This document shows positions 20,301 through 28,998 of a stretch of 36,421 nt of DNA, piece by piece. The notes beneath the pieces are model-generated. The model ran no database searches, was not told where the DNA came from, and worked only from the letters and a program-made list of their open reading frames with translations. Made by a program: the position numbers and the translations under genes. Source of the DNA: an uncultured Arcobacteraceae bacterium. GTDB lineage: Bacteria; Campylobacterota; Campylobacteria; Campylobacterales; Arcobacteraceae. The stretch is from the NCBI GenBank assembly GCA_963934755.1, contig CAWVZX010000001.1:1-36421 (forward strand), in the 5' to 3' direction. Position 1 is the first letter of the stretch. The number at the start of each line of letters is the position of its first letter.

Positions 20301-22940
20301 AATGATCCTAATAAAACTACTTTACTATCTGAGGTCTTGAATTCTTTAAATCAAATGCAAGAGACTGGTAGAGCAAACTTAGAGTATGTTCTTCTTAATG
20401 ACGCAATTACCTACAGAGAAAACGAAAGGAAAGTTTTTAAAGAAATGACTGGTATAGATTTAGATGCAAAACAATCTTTAATAGATCAAGGGATACCTGA
20501 AAATGAAATAACAGAGGGTATGATTAATGTAGAGTTTAACAAACTTAAGCAAGATGTTTCTGTTGATGCTAAAAGAAAGGGTGGATTAAAACCTCCTACA
20601 GTTAGAAAAAGATTTCAAAACCTTATTAATAAAATGCTTAACAGTATTGATCGTAATGTATTTGCATCAGCTGAAGATTTAACAGGTTTAATAGATAGAA
20701 TTGTGACTCAACCAGGAGAATTATTTGAAGGTGATACACAGACTATTGTACAAAAAGCAGTAAGAGAAGCTACTAGAATGTACAAGGCTAGAATGATGGG
20801 ACAGAAAGATATTTTTGAAAATAAAATGACTGAGTTGTTTGGCAAAAAATGGTTAAAAAACAATGCTAAAAACTCTCAACAGACTGAGACTATAATAATT
20901 AGTCAAGCTAAAAATGACCAACTAGTAAAAGAAAAGGAAAAGGTCATGGCTGATAAATCTTTAACCAGTGGAGAACGAACTGCAAAGGTTAAAAAATTAG
21001 ATGAAGCTATAGATACTAATACTATTTATATAAGTCAAAATCAGCTGATGTATTACTACTCACAAATGCAAGATCCTTCGCTTCAAGAAAGTTTTATAAA
21101 TACTTTTGCGCCTACTGGTAATTATAAAAATGAATTTGAGTCTAGAATAAGAAAAGAATTAGAGGATAAGCTAGATCCTAGATTGAAAGAATTTTCTAGT
21201 TGGATGATAAATGATTACTACCCGTCTTTATATAATCATTATAATGAAACATATAAACAGATTTACAGAACAGACATGCCTTGGAATCAGTTTTATGCAG
21301 GTAGGGTTTATAGAAAAAATGCCAATGACTCCGAAGGTTTAGATTTATTAGCAGACAGCAATAATTCTTGGATGACAAATGTGGGTGCTGCAAGTTCTAA
21401 AGTTAGATTACAAAACTCTAATCCAATATCAATGGTAGACGGTATGGATGCTCTTATTAACTACACAAAAGACATGGAGTACTTTGCTGCTTATGCAGTT
21501 CCAGTAAGAAATATTAATAAAATATTTACATCTCCTGCTATTAAAGAAACTATTCAAGAAAAGTATGGCAAAGATGTTTGGACATATATTAATGATGCTA
21601 TAGAAAAAATCGCAAACAAAGGTGTGCAGAATCAAGGGGAAACCAAAGTTATAAATTTATTTAATAATACATTTTTATTATCACGCCTTGGATTAAACCC
21701 TACACTAACTTTAAAACAGTTGACATCATTTGTTACTTATGGAAATGAAATTGGTTATGGAAACTGGTTAAAAAATAGTGCAATAAGTTTAGCAAACATA
21801 AAAACTAACTTTAGAGAAGTCATGGACAACTCTGTTATTTTACAAGACAGATATGGTAAACCAATAACTAGAGCTGTAGAAAATTATTCTGACAGTAAGT
21901 TTGAGGAAATGAATGCAAGAGATTTTTCTAATTTTGGATTAGGTAAACAGAACTTAGATAAAATTACAAAAGTTTTAATGTTTACAACTATGACTGGAGA
22001 TAAGGGCGCCATCTTAATCGGTGGAATACCTAACTATGTGTATTATAAAAACCAGTATAAAAAGAAAAACCCTAATGCATCTAAACAAGAAGTAATTGAA
22101 TATGCAATAAGAAAGTTTGAACAAGATACATTAAGGACTCAACAGTCATATGATTTACAGGATAAAGATTATTATCAAGGTAAAGGTGCTATGACTCGAG
22201 CATTTAACATGTTCTTGACAACACCAAAACAATATTTTAGAAAAGAAATTATTGCAATGAGAAATATATATAGACTCGCTAAAAGTGGTGGTGCATCTGG
22301 TAGAGGAACAATATTTCAAAACTTACGAACATTAGGTGTGTATCATGTGGTTATGCCAGTATTTTTTCAATGGGTATCCTCAGGGTTTCCTGGATTAGCA
22401 AGAGGTTGGGATGATGAAGACACTGATGATATTGCTTTTGCCGCTATGCTAGGTAATTTAAATGCATTGTTTATTTATGGTAAAATAGCTGAAACAATAG
22501 TAGATGCTGCTGCGGGTAAACCTTGGGTTGATAAACCTTCTACAATACCAGTGTTAGGGCAAACTGCATTGCTAGGCGATTTATATGTAAGAATGAAAAA
22601 TGCTAAATCTGCTGCAAAACAACAAGAGGCTTTCAATAAACTAATGTCTGAACTAGTAGCAACAACTGGTATACCAGCTCCACAGATAAAAAGGTTTTAT
22701 GAAAATTGGAGTCAATTAGATAAAAGTAAAAGTTTTGGTGACTTTGTTTTAAAACTATTTAACTTCTCTCAATATGCTCAAAAGAAAAAGAAAAAAGGTG
22801 GAGGATTAACCAAAGCAGAAAAGAAAAAATATTTCCCTGATTTATTTGACACAGATGATTTTGAAGGAACAAGTGAGGCAAATGAACTTAAAAAAGAACA
22901 GAAAAGAATGAGACAAGAACTTTTAAATGATATGTTTTAA
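14376..22940 (+). CDS. Giant internal virion/ejection polyvalent protein with zincin metallopeptidase motif (2854 aa)
   Basis: Cys-free, with Ala/Gly hydrophobic helices. AHEVFH at 17643-17660 with downstream EERVAE; repeated GRQ(S/Q)(K/R) linkers; hydrophobic C-terminal helices. Confidence 0.75.
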   Translation: MDKFKELYQYLVDNEMTDLSEEEFKVEYAQGTDKNSTLFTYLQDNELTDLDQQAFNSKYFPQQTQVDVDVVADEVTDVKSGQEVDSSTMVEETVAYDPREQGMDDKISYNNNATVFEKSLAYVTPDLIDREEEEVVNRMNYHFGDYGFTFEEGGGIMSGMDGMSVRAENGQTINVNLDPVFGDLLGGETQESNKLQDFLKKNKKTNPELEAFNAENNRKRKKYFSKKAVDEDLDDLKTKATSINKRAQVYQTEKTKHEEAMDGLLMVPPQERGADWQLKYQQQLGVGKRLNELKQTVSNELKSYRTIEKQVHSAVGNYMEMKLNDGSGPGTFLKGFYNSVVGRGVSQIFAYVADLGIDGLYKVGQAIDEDFSLRSLSGVTDEEKKERYITIAKDLGYDVPSDVMDSDESYQNWLNSLSEDDEMALDGDTDLFTSQLNKEGRKALKDSGKELKNINGKLQLYDPKGGILGKGGYEDVPADYLDKTKRDKLDRLVLDAEVKSAKKPTKEFIKKNWNQLLSFDDVSDEKIAEMRDDSIIAEGLLGLGESLPAIGLSLASRGKIKATGQFATLRNLGGRILGLDSKGGVAQVLAFSALQAEAMQEEMDADEDFKYVTEGERKAILGPTALTVAVLERYGLRNIVGNKTIMTGLMSQVTKVLPQGASAALYKSTLEKIVKSNIAKGLYTNKAVKFSTSVAKAALAEAETGGLQQIAEMGYKDIWNDMNEKEMFDQPKMWSKEFWQEAKHAAMAEAVGGFVMGIPGGIVNAYKTGETDNISDATLELFDAIRGDNITMKAYKEQLSVQVSEGKKTQKEADEELLQFETLSGAANTIPVDLDITARKKALGLIFERQGLEAEMEGMDKDLGSYKKKEARVQEIKNELSQIGSEQADDSASLEKESENIPIFVSEEKAKEELVKEGIANPTQEQIKEKQDALQKSEAESLDVPKSTESGPTVGKGNKGTTTNQGTQENKDASQTKSEEKVTKEEQEDIDAFFGEEVGLEVESSSDNLSINRQQKDGSKVKDTKLSTQIIKRAKLAAKAIKKIAPNVKMVLHQTTEEFEKFAPKGNGYYNPNTKVIHINLATAKNKTVAHEVFHAVFLEKIAGGDKGAIAAADRLIKSVRKSLPNDSMLAKRMDAFANKYKDSAFQNEERVAELFSLMATEYKSLTKPAKNRVVEFIKSVAKKLGIKISNDFTSSDEAVIDFLNTFSKKVQSGEEVVESDLTALDEINEQLAQDGTAPIGNPTEINKPQEGRQSKIKFDDSYPLSLVTPENKIDINSLIDNISNKKQKVWFWVADQLGLGNVDGIEMDAGPSFSLQPENLKKKTIWASGLDNSKLSKNIDAADYIFIISGSPETSKLFNKKVFDRYIKDLGDYAKFKKDALATNPTKAIRDSLEEFDSWSAMRKSPKRKNFLIALNEQSRKPNTKFHALINNLGGFVSAQSLRDGFYRDNNFAQNDIMMVLKPTGLGGKSNHSTYSTDILGDVVGVPDAKINAREIVPENIKKKIEGTNISVQTSSIAPYGGSTQTAVKTITKPQEGRQQRDTLAEINVFYNMNNSGFFSPQVDTYRLQKELDALNQGYKLRQAPFNQYGQGGGYSIYDSRGKRVRPPKDSEYRQGRQQKMDNENDLLKIIIIGREQAGFRDAAIKDYLKRRKKEVNGKLVPAYSASEINNAMDVVQGFEGESYLFTAFPKSFNNMEGGFLAGLKLLKKVNTYYKRLIKANNKKKSVAVDGTPLTEEQIRQKVIDYFTGLQEYQNEGAQGNRLTAQQMAMEKDLLELLLPDPLKANPQRIRAINKRIKEIKFDEKNIKAVQRALRNYIRSVLPRDLYTKSEIVSLIDKVNRINKTNFESVKDEVFKVVTSKTNKSLQESIFNILNRKFTTIQSGRLKGVSIDNETRKKIERINSMIVNPKSTADEIMEANEQLLKEYNSIAKEEVSVNKETRTQAKSSLDEDALSRLAEITIAMQINNSFLAEMNDPNKTTLLSEVLNSLNQMQETGRANLEYVLLNDAITYRENERKVFKEMTGIDLDAKQSLIDQGIPENEITEGMINVEFNKLKQDVSVDAKRKGGLKPPTVRKRFQNLINKMLNSIDRNVFASAEDLTGLIDRIVTQPGELFEGDTQTIVQKAVREATRMYKARMMGQKDIFENKMTELFGKKWLKNNAKNSQQTETIIISQAKNDQLVKEKEKVMADKSLTSGERTAKVKKLDEAIDTNTIYISQNQLMYYYSQMQDPSLQESFINTFAPTGNYKNEFESRIRKELEDKLDPRLKEFSSWMINDYYPSLYNHYNETYKQIYRTDMPWNQFYAGRVYRKNANDSEGLDLLADSNNSWMTNVGAASSKVRLQNSNPISMVDGMDALINYTKDMEYFAAYAVPVRNINKIFTSPAIKETIQEKYGKDVWTYINDAIEKIANKGVQNQGETKVINLFNNTFLLSRLGLNPTLTLKQLTSFVTYGNEIGYGNWLKNSAISLANIKTNFREVMDNSVILQDRYGKPITRAVENYSDSKFEEMNARDFSNFGLGKQNLDKITKVLMFTTMTGDKGAILIGGIPNYVYYKNQYKKKNPNASKQEVIEYAIRKFEQDTLRTQQSYDLQDKDYYQGKGAMTRAFNMFLTTPKQYFRKEIIAMRNIYRLAKSGGASGRGTIFQNLRTLGVYHVVMPVFFQWVSSGFPGLARGWDDEDTDDIAFAAMLGNLNALFIYGKIAETIVDAAAGKPWVDKPSTIPVLGQTALLGDLYVRMKNAKSAAKQQEAFNKLMSELVATTGIPAPQIKRFYENWSQLDKSKSFGDFVLKLFNFSQYAQKKKKKGGGLTKAEKKKYFPDLFDTDDFEGTSEANELKKEQKRMRQELLNDMF
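18116..18994 (+). repeat. 21-nt direct repeat pair (20/21 identical) inside the giant gene
   Basis: TAAACCTCAAGAGGGGAGGCA at 18116-18136 and TAAACCTCAAGAGGGAAGGCA at 18974-18994; degenerate third copy at ~19218-19238. Confidence 0.85.
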
Positions 22941-23132
22941 TTAAACCTCATCTGATAATGACTGAATTAAATCAGCCATAACCTTACAAACTCTTTGTGC
23001 TTTGATTTTAGCTTCATTGTGATCTCTCTCCATTAAATCTTCATATAACTCGGTGATGAGGTTGTGCGAATTGTTTGTCACAAAGTTAATATGCTTAATA
23101 GCATTTACATCATCTTGAGATATTTCGTTCAT
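22941..23132 (-). CDS. Hypothetical protein (63 aa)
   Basis: ORF with an A-rich leader and an upstream promoter element; stop abuts that of the giant gene. Confidence 0.7.
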   Translation of the reverse strand: MNEISQDDVNAIKHINFVTNNSHNLITELYEDLMERDHNEAKIKAQRVCKVMADLIQSLSDEV

Positions 23133-23152
23133 TTATTTTTTGCCATCTATAC

Positions 23153-23160
23153 CAAATATA
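23153..23160 (-). promoter_or_regulatory. Bacteroidota -7 promoter element
   Basis: Plus-strand CAAATATA reads TATATTTG on the minus strand, 20 nt before ATG 23132. Confidence 0.65.
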
Positions 23161-23178
23161 AAAAAATTTAAGTAAGAT

Positions 23179-23391
23179 TCAAATCTTAACTCCTAATTCA
23201 TTTTGTATTTTGGCAATATGATTTTCTATTCTGCTAATTTCTTTAAGCAAACCTAACATCTCATGTGCAGATATAGGAATGCGTCCACCCTTAGCATTAT
23301 ATGTCCCAGGATAACAACAATTTAAAATAATAAATTGATGTAAATTTCTTTTATATGATTTAAAATATTCTAAATCTTCTACTATAAACAT
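23179..23391 (-). CDS. Hypothetical protein (70 aa)
   Basis: Start overlaps the stop of the upstream gene (TAATG coupling). Confidence 0.65.
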   Translation of the reverse strand: MFIVEDLEYFKSYKRNLHQFIILNCCYPGTYNAKGGRIPISAHEMLGLLKEISRIENHIAKIQNELGVKI

Positions 23392-23714
23392 TATTTTTTA
23401 ATTTTTATATATGAATTAAGACAGATTAAATCTAAATATTCATTCATACTTATTAATGCTAAGTCTGTAAGTGTTATATATGATCCATGTGTTTTCATAA
23501 CTTCTACTGCAAAAGTTATAGGTTTATCATAATAATGCACTAAGCCACCTAAAACATATGTAGTAAATTCATTAGGTGAAATATCTCTTAAATTGTCTTG
23601 TATAAATAAAGCAATTTTTATAGCTATATGTTCATCTATTTCTTCTAAAGATGTAACAAAATTATCTTCAACTTCATATAATTTATCCTTTGTATATCTC
23701 GGTTTTAAATCCAT
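23391..23714 (-). CDS. Hypothetical protein (107 aa)
   Basis: Tightly packed ORF in the operon. Confidence 0.65.
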   Translation of the reverse strand: MDLKPRYTKDKLYEVEDNFVTSLEEIDEHIAIKIALFIQDNLRDISPNEFTTYVLGGLVHYYDKPITFAVEVMKTHGSYITLTDLALISMNEYLDLICLNSYIKIKK

Positions 23715-23922
23715 ATTTTTCTAATTCTTTTAATCTATACTTCTGTAAAACTGACACCCTTCCTTTCGGAGTTTTTACTTCCGAGAACAACACTTCACAG
23801 TTAGGAGGTATTGCCAGTAAATCAGGTATTCCGTTTTTATTAGTTTTAATTAATTTAAGCACATAATATCCTTCAGCCTCTAATTCTTTTATTCTTTTGC
23901 TTTGTATTTGTTGCTCTGTCAT
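23683..23922 (-). CDS. VRR-NUC domain nuclease (79 aa)
   Basis: E..IQ.K....L...GY.V.K......GIPDLL.......F.EVK...GR.S.LQ......L...GF, the PD-(D/E)xK VRR-NUC signature; adjacent to the SNF2 helicase. Confidence 0.9.
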   Translation of the reverse strand: MTEQQIQSKRIKELEAEGYYVLKLIKTNKNGIPDLLAIPPNCEVLFSEVKTPKGRVSVLQKYRLKELEKYGFKTEIYKG

Positions 23923-24094
23923 TTTTATAATCTAAATAAAATCCTATAGCTACAATCACATTCATTCCTAGTGAGGATCCTATTTCTATAAGATCATGAA
24001 AACTATGAATTGATAAATGTATGTGACCAACTACCCAAAAAGGTACTGCTAAATTTTGACTTATCCATATCAATGTAAACTTTATAAAACTCAT
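23873..24094 (-). CDS. Small membrane protein (73 aa)
   Basis: Two hydrophobic segments and a basic C-terminal tail. Confidence 0.55.
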   Translation of the reverse strand: MSFIKFTLIWISQNLAVPFWVVGHIHLSIHSFHDLIEIGSSLGMNVIVAIGFYLDYKNDRATNTKQKNKRIRG

Positions 24095-24095
24095 A

Positions 24096-25328
24096 TTACA
24101 AATTTAATAAATCCTTTTTGAAGTGATTAAGGGTATAATCTTTCTTCTTTATAACACTTTTATAGATATCATCCTCAATACCACCTTCAGAAAATATCCA
24201 ATAGATTTTATTATATAACCTATCTTTAGTAGTCATCCTGTCTCTTGATTGCCAGTAGCTAGTAGCACTGAAATCTATATTATAATATATTAATGCTTGT
24301 GCATTTTTTAAACTTATACCTTCTCTCCCTGAAACTATTTGTAATGCAATACTTTTATTAGTAGTGTTAAACTCTTCTAGTTCTGTACACAAACCTTTAC
24401 GATATACTTTTTTTAAAGCATTTAACTCTTCTTTAAATTTATAAAATATTGCAATCTTTTTACTTCTGAATTGTTTTCTGATAAATTCTGCCTTAGATAA
24501 ATCTATAACCATAGACTCACCACTCTCAAATTTAACTGTACCAGAATATAGTTGATGTAATTTTGACATAAGTTTTACTGCTGTATCTGCCAATATTACA
24601 TTTTCCACACCTTCTACAACTCTATCTTTCGTAAGTTTTCTGACTAATGATTTTATAACACTGGTAAGTGGAACATGAAGCACCTCTTCATCTGTATGAA
24701 CTTTGAACCCAGCTTCTTTCTGAGTGTATGCAATTGTATATGGTTTCATATCATCTAATATTGATTGTAATCCATGACTCCAGTCATTTATAGTCATGGC
24801 TCCTATTTTTTTTTGCTTTACCTGTACATATTGTTTAGCAAATTTGTAAAAACTTTTATATTGATTAAAAGGATTATTTCTAATAGCATAAACTTGGTGG
24901 TACATTTGTGAGTAGGATTCAGGTGTTGGTGTACCAGATAAAAGAATCACATATGGATTATGTTTTAATATAAATTCTTTAACAGTCTTTGCTCTAAGAC
25001 TTGGTTTAGGAAATGCACCCATTGAATGTGCTTCATCACAAACTATCATGTCCCACTTTATCTGATGAGATACTTTATGAAGACTTTCGTAATTTATTAT
25101 AGTAATGTTATAAGAAGGATTTAGCATATCATAATCACCCTGGATACTTGATATAGCTTTTTTCTTTGTGATAAATAAAAGGTTATGAACTGGAAGTGCA
25201 AGACTCATAGCCAAACTTGTCAAGGTTTTTCCAGTCCTAACCTCCATAGCAAGATACAAAAAACCTTGTTTTTTTAAAACCTCTGTACCTTTTTCTACTA
25301 TGTCAGCTTGGTATTGTCTTAATTTCAT
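24096..25328 (-). CDS. SF2 (SNF2-like) helicase (410 aa)
   Basis: LRQYQ Q-motif, TGKT, INYESL, DEAH, LSGTP, REGISL, QSRDR. Confidence 0.9.
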   Translation of the reverse strand: MKLRQYQADIVEKGTEVLKKQGFLYLAMEVRTGKTLTSLAMSLALPVHNLLFITKKKAISSIQGDYDMLNPSYNITIINYESLHKVSHQIKWDMIVCDEAHSMGAFPKPSLRAKTVKEFILKHNPYVILLSGTPTPESYSQMYHQVYAIRNNPFNQYKSFYKFAKQYVQVKQKKIGAMTINDWSHGLQSILDDMKPYTIAYTQKEAGFKVHTDEEVLHVPLTSVIKSLVRKLTKDRVVEGVENVILADTAVKLMSKLHQLYSGTVKFESGESMVIDLSKAEFIRKQFRSKKIAIFYKFKEELNALKKVYRKGLCTELEEFNTTNKSIALQIVSGREGISLKNAQALIYYNIDFSATSYWQSRDRMTTKDRLYNKIYWIFSEGGIEDDIYKSVIKKKDYTLNHFKKDLLNL

Positions 25329-26515
25329 ATTATGTCTTTACATTTATTTACGACTGCCTCAACTACATTAACCGTAACAGCATTCCCACACATTTTGTAT
25401 CTTTGTGTGTTACTCACTTTTTTAGTTACCCCATTATATATACCATACTCAGTCCAGTTATCAGGAAATCCTTGTAGTCTCTCACACTCTATAGGTGTTA
25501 GTCTTCTTATAGACTCGTTTTCTATAATACCATTAGGTTCCGAGGACCTTAAGGTGAATGCATCTTCACCATCAGATTTGACTGCATTACCGAATTTATC
25601 TGAATTACCTAGTTGTGTCGGCACAATTATACTATCTAGTGGACTTGTTGTTACTGCATTAGCCACATCATCTTTTCTTGTTTCCAAATCTTTACCATTA
25701 TCTCGTGTTCTTAATGCACCAGATAAAACTAATGGTGGCATAGTGCTTATATCTTTTTCACTGTGTCTTCTTGCAGACAAACATGGACTATCACCTTCAG
25801 CTCTTATTCTTAACCCTTCATCATTTCTGTAGTCTGCAGCTCTTACTATCTTAGGATCTTTATAATCTCTAGACAACAAAGCTGGTGCAGTATTTTTAAA
25901 ACCAAACTCTCTTTCAGAAAAGTTACTTACTTGGGCTATTCCTTTTTGTACTCCTTGAGTCTTGCTTGAGCTGATTTCGATAGGAAAAACTCCTTTCCAA
26001 TCTCTTGGGGTGTTTGCAGAATATCCGACAAGGTAGATTCTCTCTCTGTTTTGGGGTAGAAACCACGATGTATTACACAATTGCCATTCAAGTCTATAAC
26101 CCCCAATGTTGGTAAAGGCTTGGAGGATTGCCGCAAAATCTCTGCCATCGTTTGAGCTGAATGTTCCTTTAACATTTTCCCAGATAAAAATTCCTGGTCG
26201 GCATTCATCAATGAGTCTAATCGCTTCAAGGATAAGGCTCGATCTATCTCCTCCCATCCCTTTACGATTTCCAGCGACACTAAAGTCTTGGCAAGGGCTT
26301 CCAAAGGTGATAGCGTCAATTTTTGGTAACTGTGTTCCTCGAACATCTGTAACTGATCCGACATACTTACTATTTTTAAAATTATATTTATATACTGCAA
26401 TGGCATGAGCATCAACTTCTGAAAAGAAAGTTTTAACTTTATAACCCGCTTTTTCAAAACCTTTGTGAAATCCACCAATTCCTGAAAAAAGGTCTAAAAC
26501 AGTGATTTTCTTCAT
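25325..26515 (-). CDS. dcm: DNA (cytosine-5) methyltransferase (396 aa)
   Basis: Motifs I DLFSGIGG, IV GSPCQDFS, VI ENV, VIII QNRERIY, IX RRLTPIECERLQGFP, X GNAV. Confidence 0.95.
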   Translation of the reverse strand: MKKITVLDLFSGIGGFHKGFEKAGYKVKTFFSEVDAHAIAVYKYNFKNSKYVGSVTDVRGTQLPKIDAITFGSPCQDFSVAGNRKGMGGDRSSLILEAIRLIDECRPGIFIWENVKGTFSSNDGRDFAAILQAFTNIGGYRLEWQLCNTSWFLPQNRERIYLVGYSANTPRDWKGVFPIEISSSKTQGVQKGIAQVSNFSEREFGFKNTAPALLSRDYKDPKIVRAADYRNDEGLRIRAEGDSPCLSARRHSEKDISTMPPLVLSGALRTRDNGKDLETRKDDVANAVTTSPLDSIIVPTQLGNSDKFGNAVKSDGEDAFTLRSSEPNGIIENESIRRLTPIECERLQGFPDNWTEYGIYNGVTKKVSNTQRYKMCGNAVTVNVVEAVVNKCKDII

Positions 26516-26586
26516 ATTTGCTAAAATTCGGCTTTCATAGATTCGCTCTAAGAGACTTTCTCGTAGTTAGTGATACTTACATATAC

Positions 26587-28998
26587 CTAAAAATCTATCT
26601 TACCATTTTCTTCTATTGTCTGTGCATTTCTGAACACTATCCATCTACCCCCTGCCTCTCTACCTTCTTCAGGATCGCACTTGTACTTGTATTGATTATA
26701 AGCAGTCAACCATTTATAGAACCTAGTCCTTGACACTGTCATTTTAGACTTAGGTGCAAAATCTGGATTGTCCTCAATAAAATCGAAGTACAAGTCTTGT
26801 TTAAATATTTTTGTATTGGTTGTTAGCATTTTATTTAAAGGCATTCCATCTAGTATACCACACCATTCAATAAACTCATGACATGTTTCGGCAGAGAGCC
26901 TTCTAATCTTCAAGTTAACAAATTCACTTTTAACTAAACCATCTCTTAGGTAAAGCTGAAGACACTCTATCATAAAATTATCAAAAGAACACCACTCATC
27001 ATCATTCCACTCACCAAACATTAACTTGCCAAATTCTTTCAGTGGTGTATGCTCTCTAGTATAATGTTGTGCTAGTTCCAACTCCCATTTTCTTCGTTCA
27101 AATGATGAACCTTTACCTCTAATTGCATAGTTTGTAGTAATTGCAACCTTTGGAGATCGAGAAAAAGGAATCTTTATTGCATCTTTGTTTTTCTTTTCTA
27201 GTGTTAAACCTTCAGTTACAACTGAGAATAATCTTTCAAAATTAAAATGTTTACTTACATCATCAAAACAAAGTATTTGAGTGTCTGCACTCACTAACTG
27301 GTAAGCAAATGATTTTTCAAAATTAAAAGACTTGCCATCTATTACAACAACTTTTTTCATGTGTGACAAAGCATTAATAAACAAGCCCTTACCAGTACCT
27401 CCTTCAGGAGAATCAGATATTTGCTCATCATTAAGTATCGTAGCTGGGCTGTATGATAGATTTTTCCAGGCATGGAGTAAATATCCTATTGTAGACCTCA
27501 TAGATTTAACCCTACTCTCATCTTTACCACAAATGTTTGTAATAAATGATTTAAAATCACAATCATTAGATTCACAAGACACATAGGTTCTGTCTATAAC
27601 ATGGTCCTTCCAAACATAACCTCCTAAATCTAAGTAGTCAATTGGTGTTACACTATCATAATTAACTTTAACTGCACCAGATTTATAATATAAGTATGCA
27701 GTACTTTTGTTGTCTTCAATAAAATAAACATCAATTGAAGATAGTAAAGTTAAAAACTCTTCTCTAAAATATCTTGTATGCTCTGCAAAGTAATTATAGA
27801 CGGTTAAATCATCTATTTCTAACAAGTAGTTAAGAATAAAATCTTTAATTTCTTTTTCAGATGTGTGGTCTATAAGGTTGTTAGTCACCCTTACAAACAC
27901 ATAACTTCTACTGCCTTCAGGATTAAATTTATAGAACCCATTCTCTTCTAGAAAACTTTTAAAAGATATATGTACAATTTTAATTACACCTTTATCATTT
28001 TTTGTCCAGAACTTACTATTTGATTGCTCATCCTCTAGTCTGACTAATACATTCTCTATTGTGCCGACCTCAACATCAGACTCTTCAAGCTGGGATCGGA
28101 TTTCTTTTTTTGACACACCTCTTTTTAGCTTCTCTCTAACTAAGTTTACCTTGTCCTCATCTTCATAATATTTAGTACCATAGTTTTGTTTTTGTGCATA
28201 AGCAGAAGATATTGTTCTTTTAATTTCTGTAGCACTAAAACTTTGACTAGAAAAACTATTCATGACATACTCTGCTAGAGTTTGATTAACACCAAAGTCA
28301 TTAAATGCTGCGGCCAATATATAGATGTTTTGATTTCTCTGACCTTCTATCATTGGGTATTTCTTTTGCCACCATTTAGTTAGTATGTCAACTATTTTAT
28401 TCTCATCAGTTACTGGTATTGTAGGAATATCTACATGTTTTATAACCTCTGTATACTCTTGCTCTACAATTTTATCCCATGTACTTGAATTAGCATTAAC
28501 ATAAAGCAAAGGATCATAAGACTCATAACAAACTCTAGAAATATTTTTACAAGTTTTATCAAAATACTCAGAGTTTACATGGTGTTGTAGACTCAAGAAA
28601 TAATTTTTATGATTTTCTGGTTCTTTAGGAGTCTTAACAACAGCCTTTAATCCTTTACCACTAGGAGAAATAAACAAAGCAAATATATATTTGTTTTTAC
28701 TTAGCCTTTCTTTTTCCTGTAGCATGTCTTTGTTAGTCTTATAACCATCAAAGTCTAAACATATCAAGCCACTGTGACTCTGTAGTGAGGAATCATTTCT
28801 TTTTGTGAATGTCCCACTGAAACAAATGGCTGGGAGTTGTTGTTTTAATAAGTTTCTTTTTTCTTTGTCTTTCTCAGCTCGGATTCTTTTTACTAAGTCT
28901 TTAGACGAGCCTTCTTGTATTCTTTTTAAGATAACATCGACCTTTCTGTAGAATGGTTGTGCTGTTTCTTTAATGTCTTTAAAGATGGTAATGTCCAT
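26587..28998 (-). CDS. Primase-helicase: VirE-N/BT4734-like domain, PriCT-1 domain and SF3 helicase (803 aa)
   Basis: K..LP...FSG.F..R......HSGLICLDFD...FISPSG.GLK...D..CKN.SR.C..SYDP; GQRN...LA; Walker A GGTGKG; Walker B CFDD. Confidence 0.88.
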   Translation of the reverse strand: MDITIFKDIKETAQPFYRKVDVILKRIQEGSSKDLVKRIRAEKDKEKRNLLKQQLPAICFSGTFTKRNDSSLQSHSGLICLDFDGYKTNKDMLQEKERLSKNKYIFALFISPSGKGLKAVVKTPKEPENHKNYFLSLQHHVNSEYFDKTCKNISRVCYESYDPLLYVNANSSTWDKIVEQEYTEVIKHVDIPTIPVTDENKIVDILTKWWQKKYPMIEGQRNQNIYILAAAFNDFGVNQTLAEYVMNSFSSQSFSATEIKRTISSAYAQKQNYGTKYYEDEDKVNLVREKLKRGVSKKEIRSQLEESDVEVGTIENVLVRLEDEQSNSKFWTKNDKGVIKIVHISFKSFLEENGFYKFNPEGSRSYVFVRVTNNLIDHTSEKEIKDFILNYLLEIDDLTVYNYFAEHTRYFREEFLTLLSSIDVYFIEDNKSTAYLYYKSGAVKVNYDSVTPIDYLDLGGYVWKDHVIDRTYVSCESNDCDFKSFITNICGKDESRVKSMRSTIGYLLHAWKNLSYSPATILNDEQISDSPEGGTGKGLFINALSHMKKVVVIDGKSFNFEKSFAYQLVSADTQILCFDDVSKHFNFERLFSVVTEGLTLEKKNKDAIKIPFSRSPKVAITTNYAIRGKGSSFERRKWELELAQHYTREHTPLKEFGKLMFGEWNDDEWCSFDNFMIECLQLYLRDGLVKSEFVNLKIRRLSAETCHEFIEWCGILDGMPLNKMLTTNTKIFKQDLYFDFIEDNPDFAPKSKMTVSRTRFYKWLTAYNQYKYKCDPEEGREAGGRWIVFRNAQTIEENGKIDF

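Noticed and set aside
2935-21635. Numerous 60-120 aa antisense or off-frame ORFs within structural genes
   Set aside because: Nested in long, motif-bearing + strand genes and lacking leaders; expected by chance
25936-26478. 180-aa alternative-frame ORF inside the methyltransferase, plus antisense ORFs 25332-25832 and 26106-26408
   Set aside because: Fully nested in a gene with complete C5-MTase motifs and no recognisable features of their own; treated as shadow ORFs
26516-26590. Possible SAM riboswitch upstream of the methyltransferase, and the 71-aa + strand ORF 26518-26733
   Set aside because: Only weak hairpins and no recognisable SAM-I/II/V core by eye; the ORF is antisense to the primase gene
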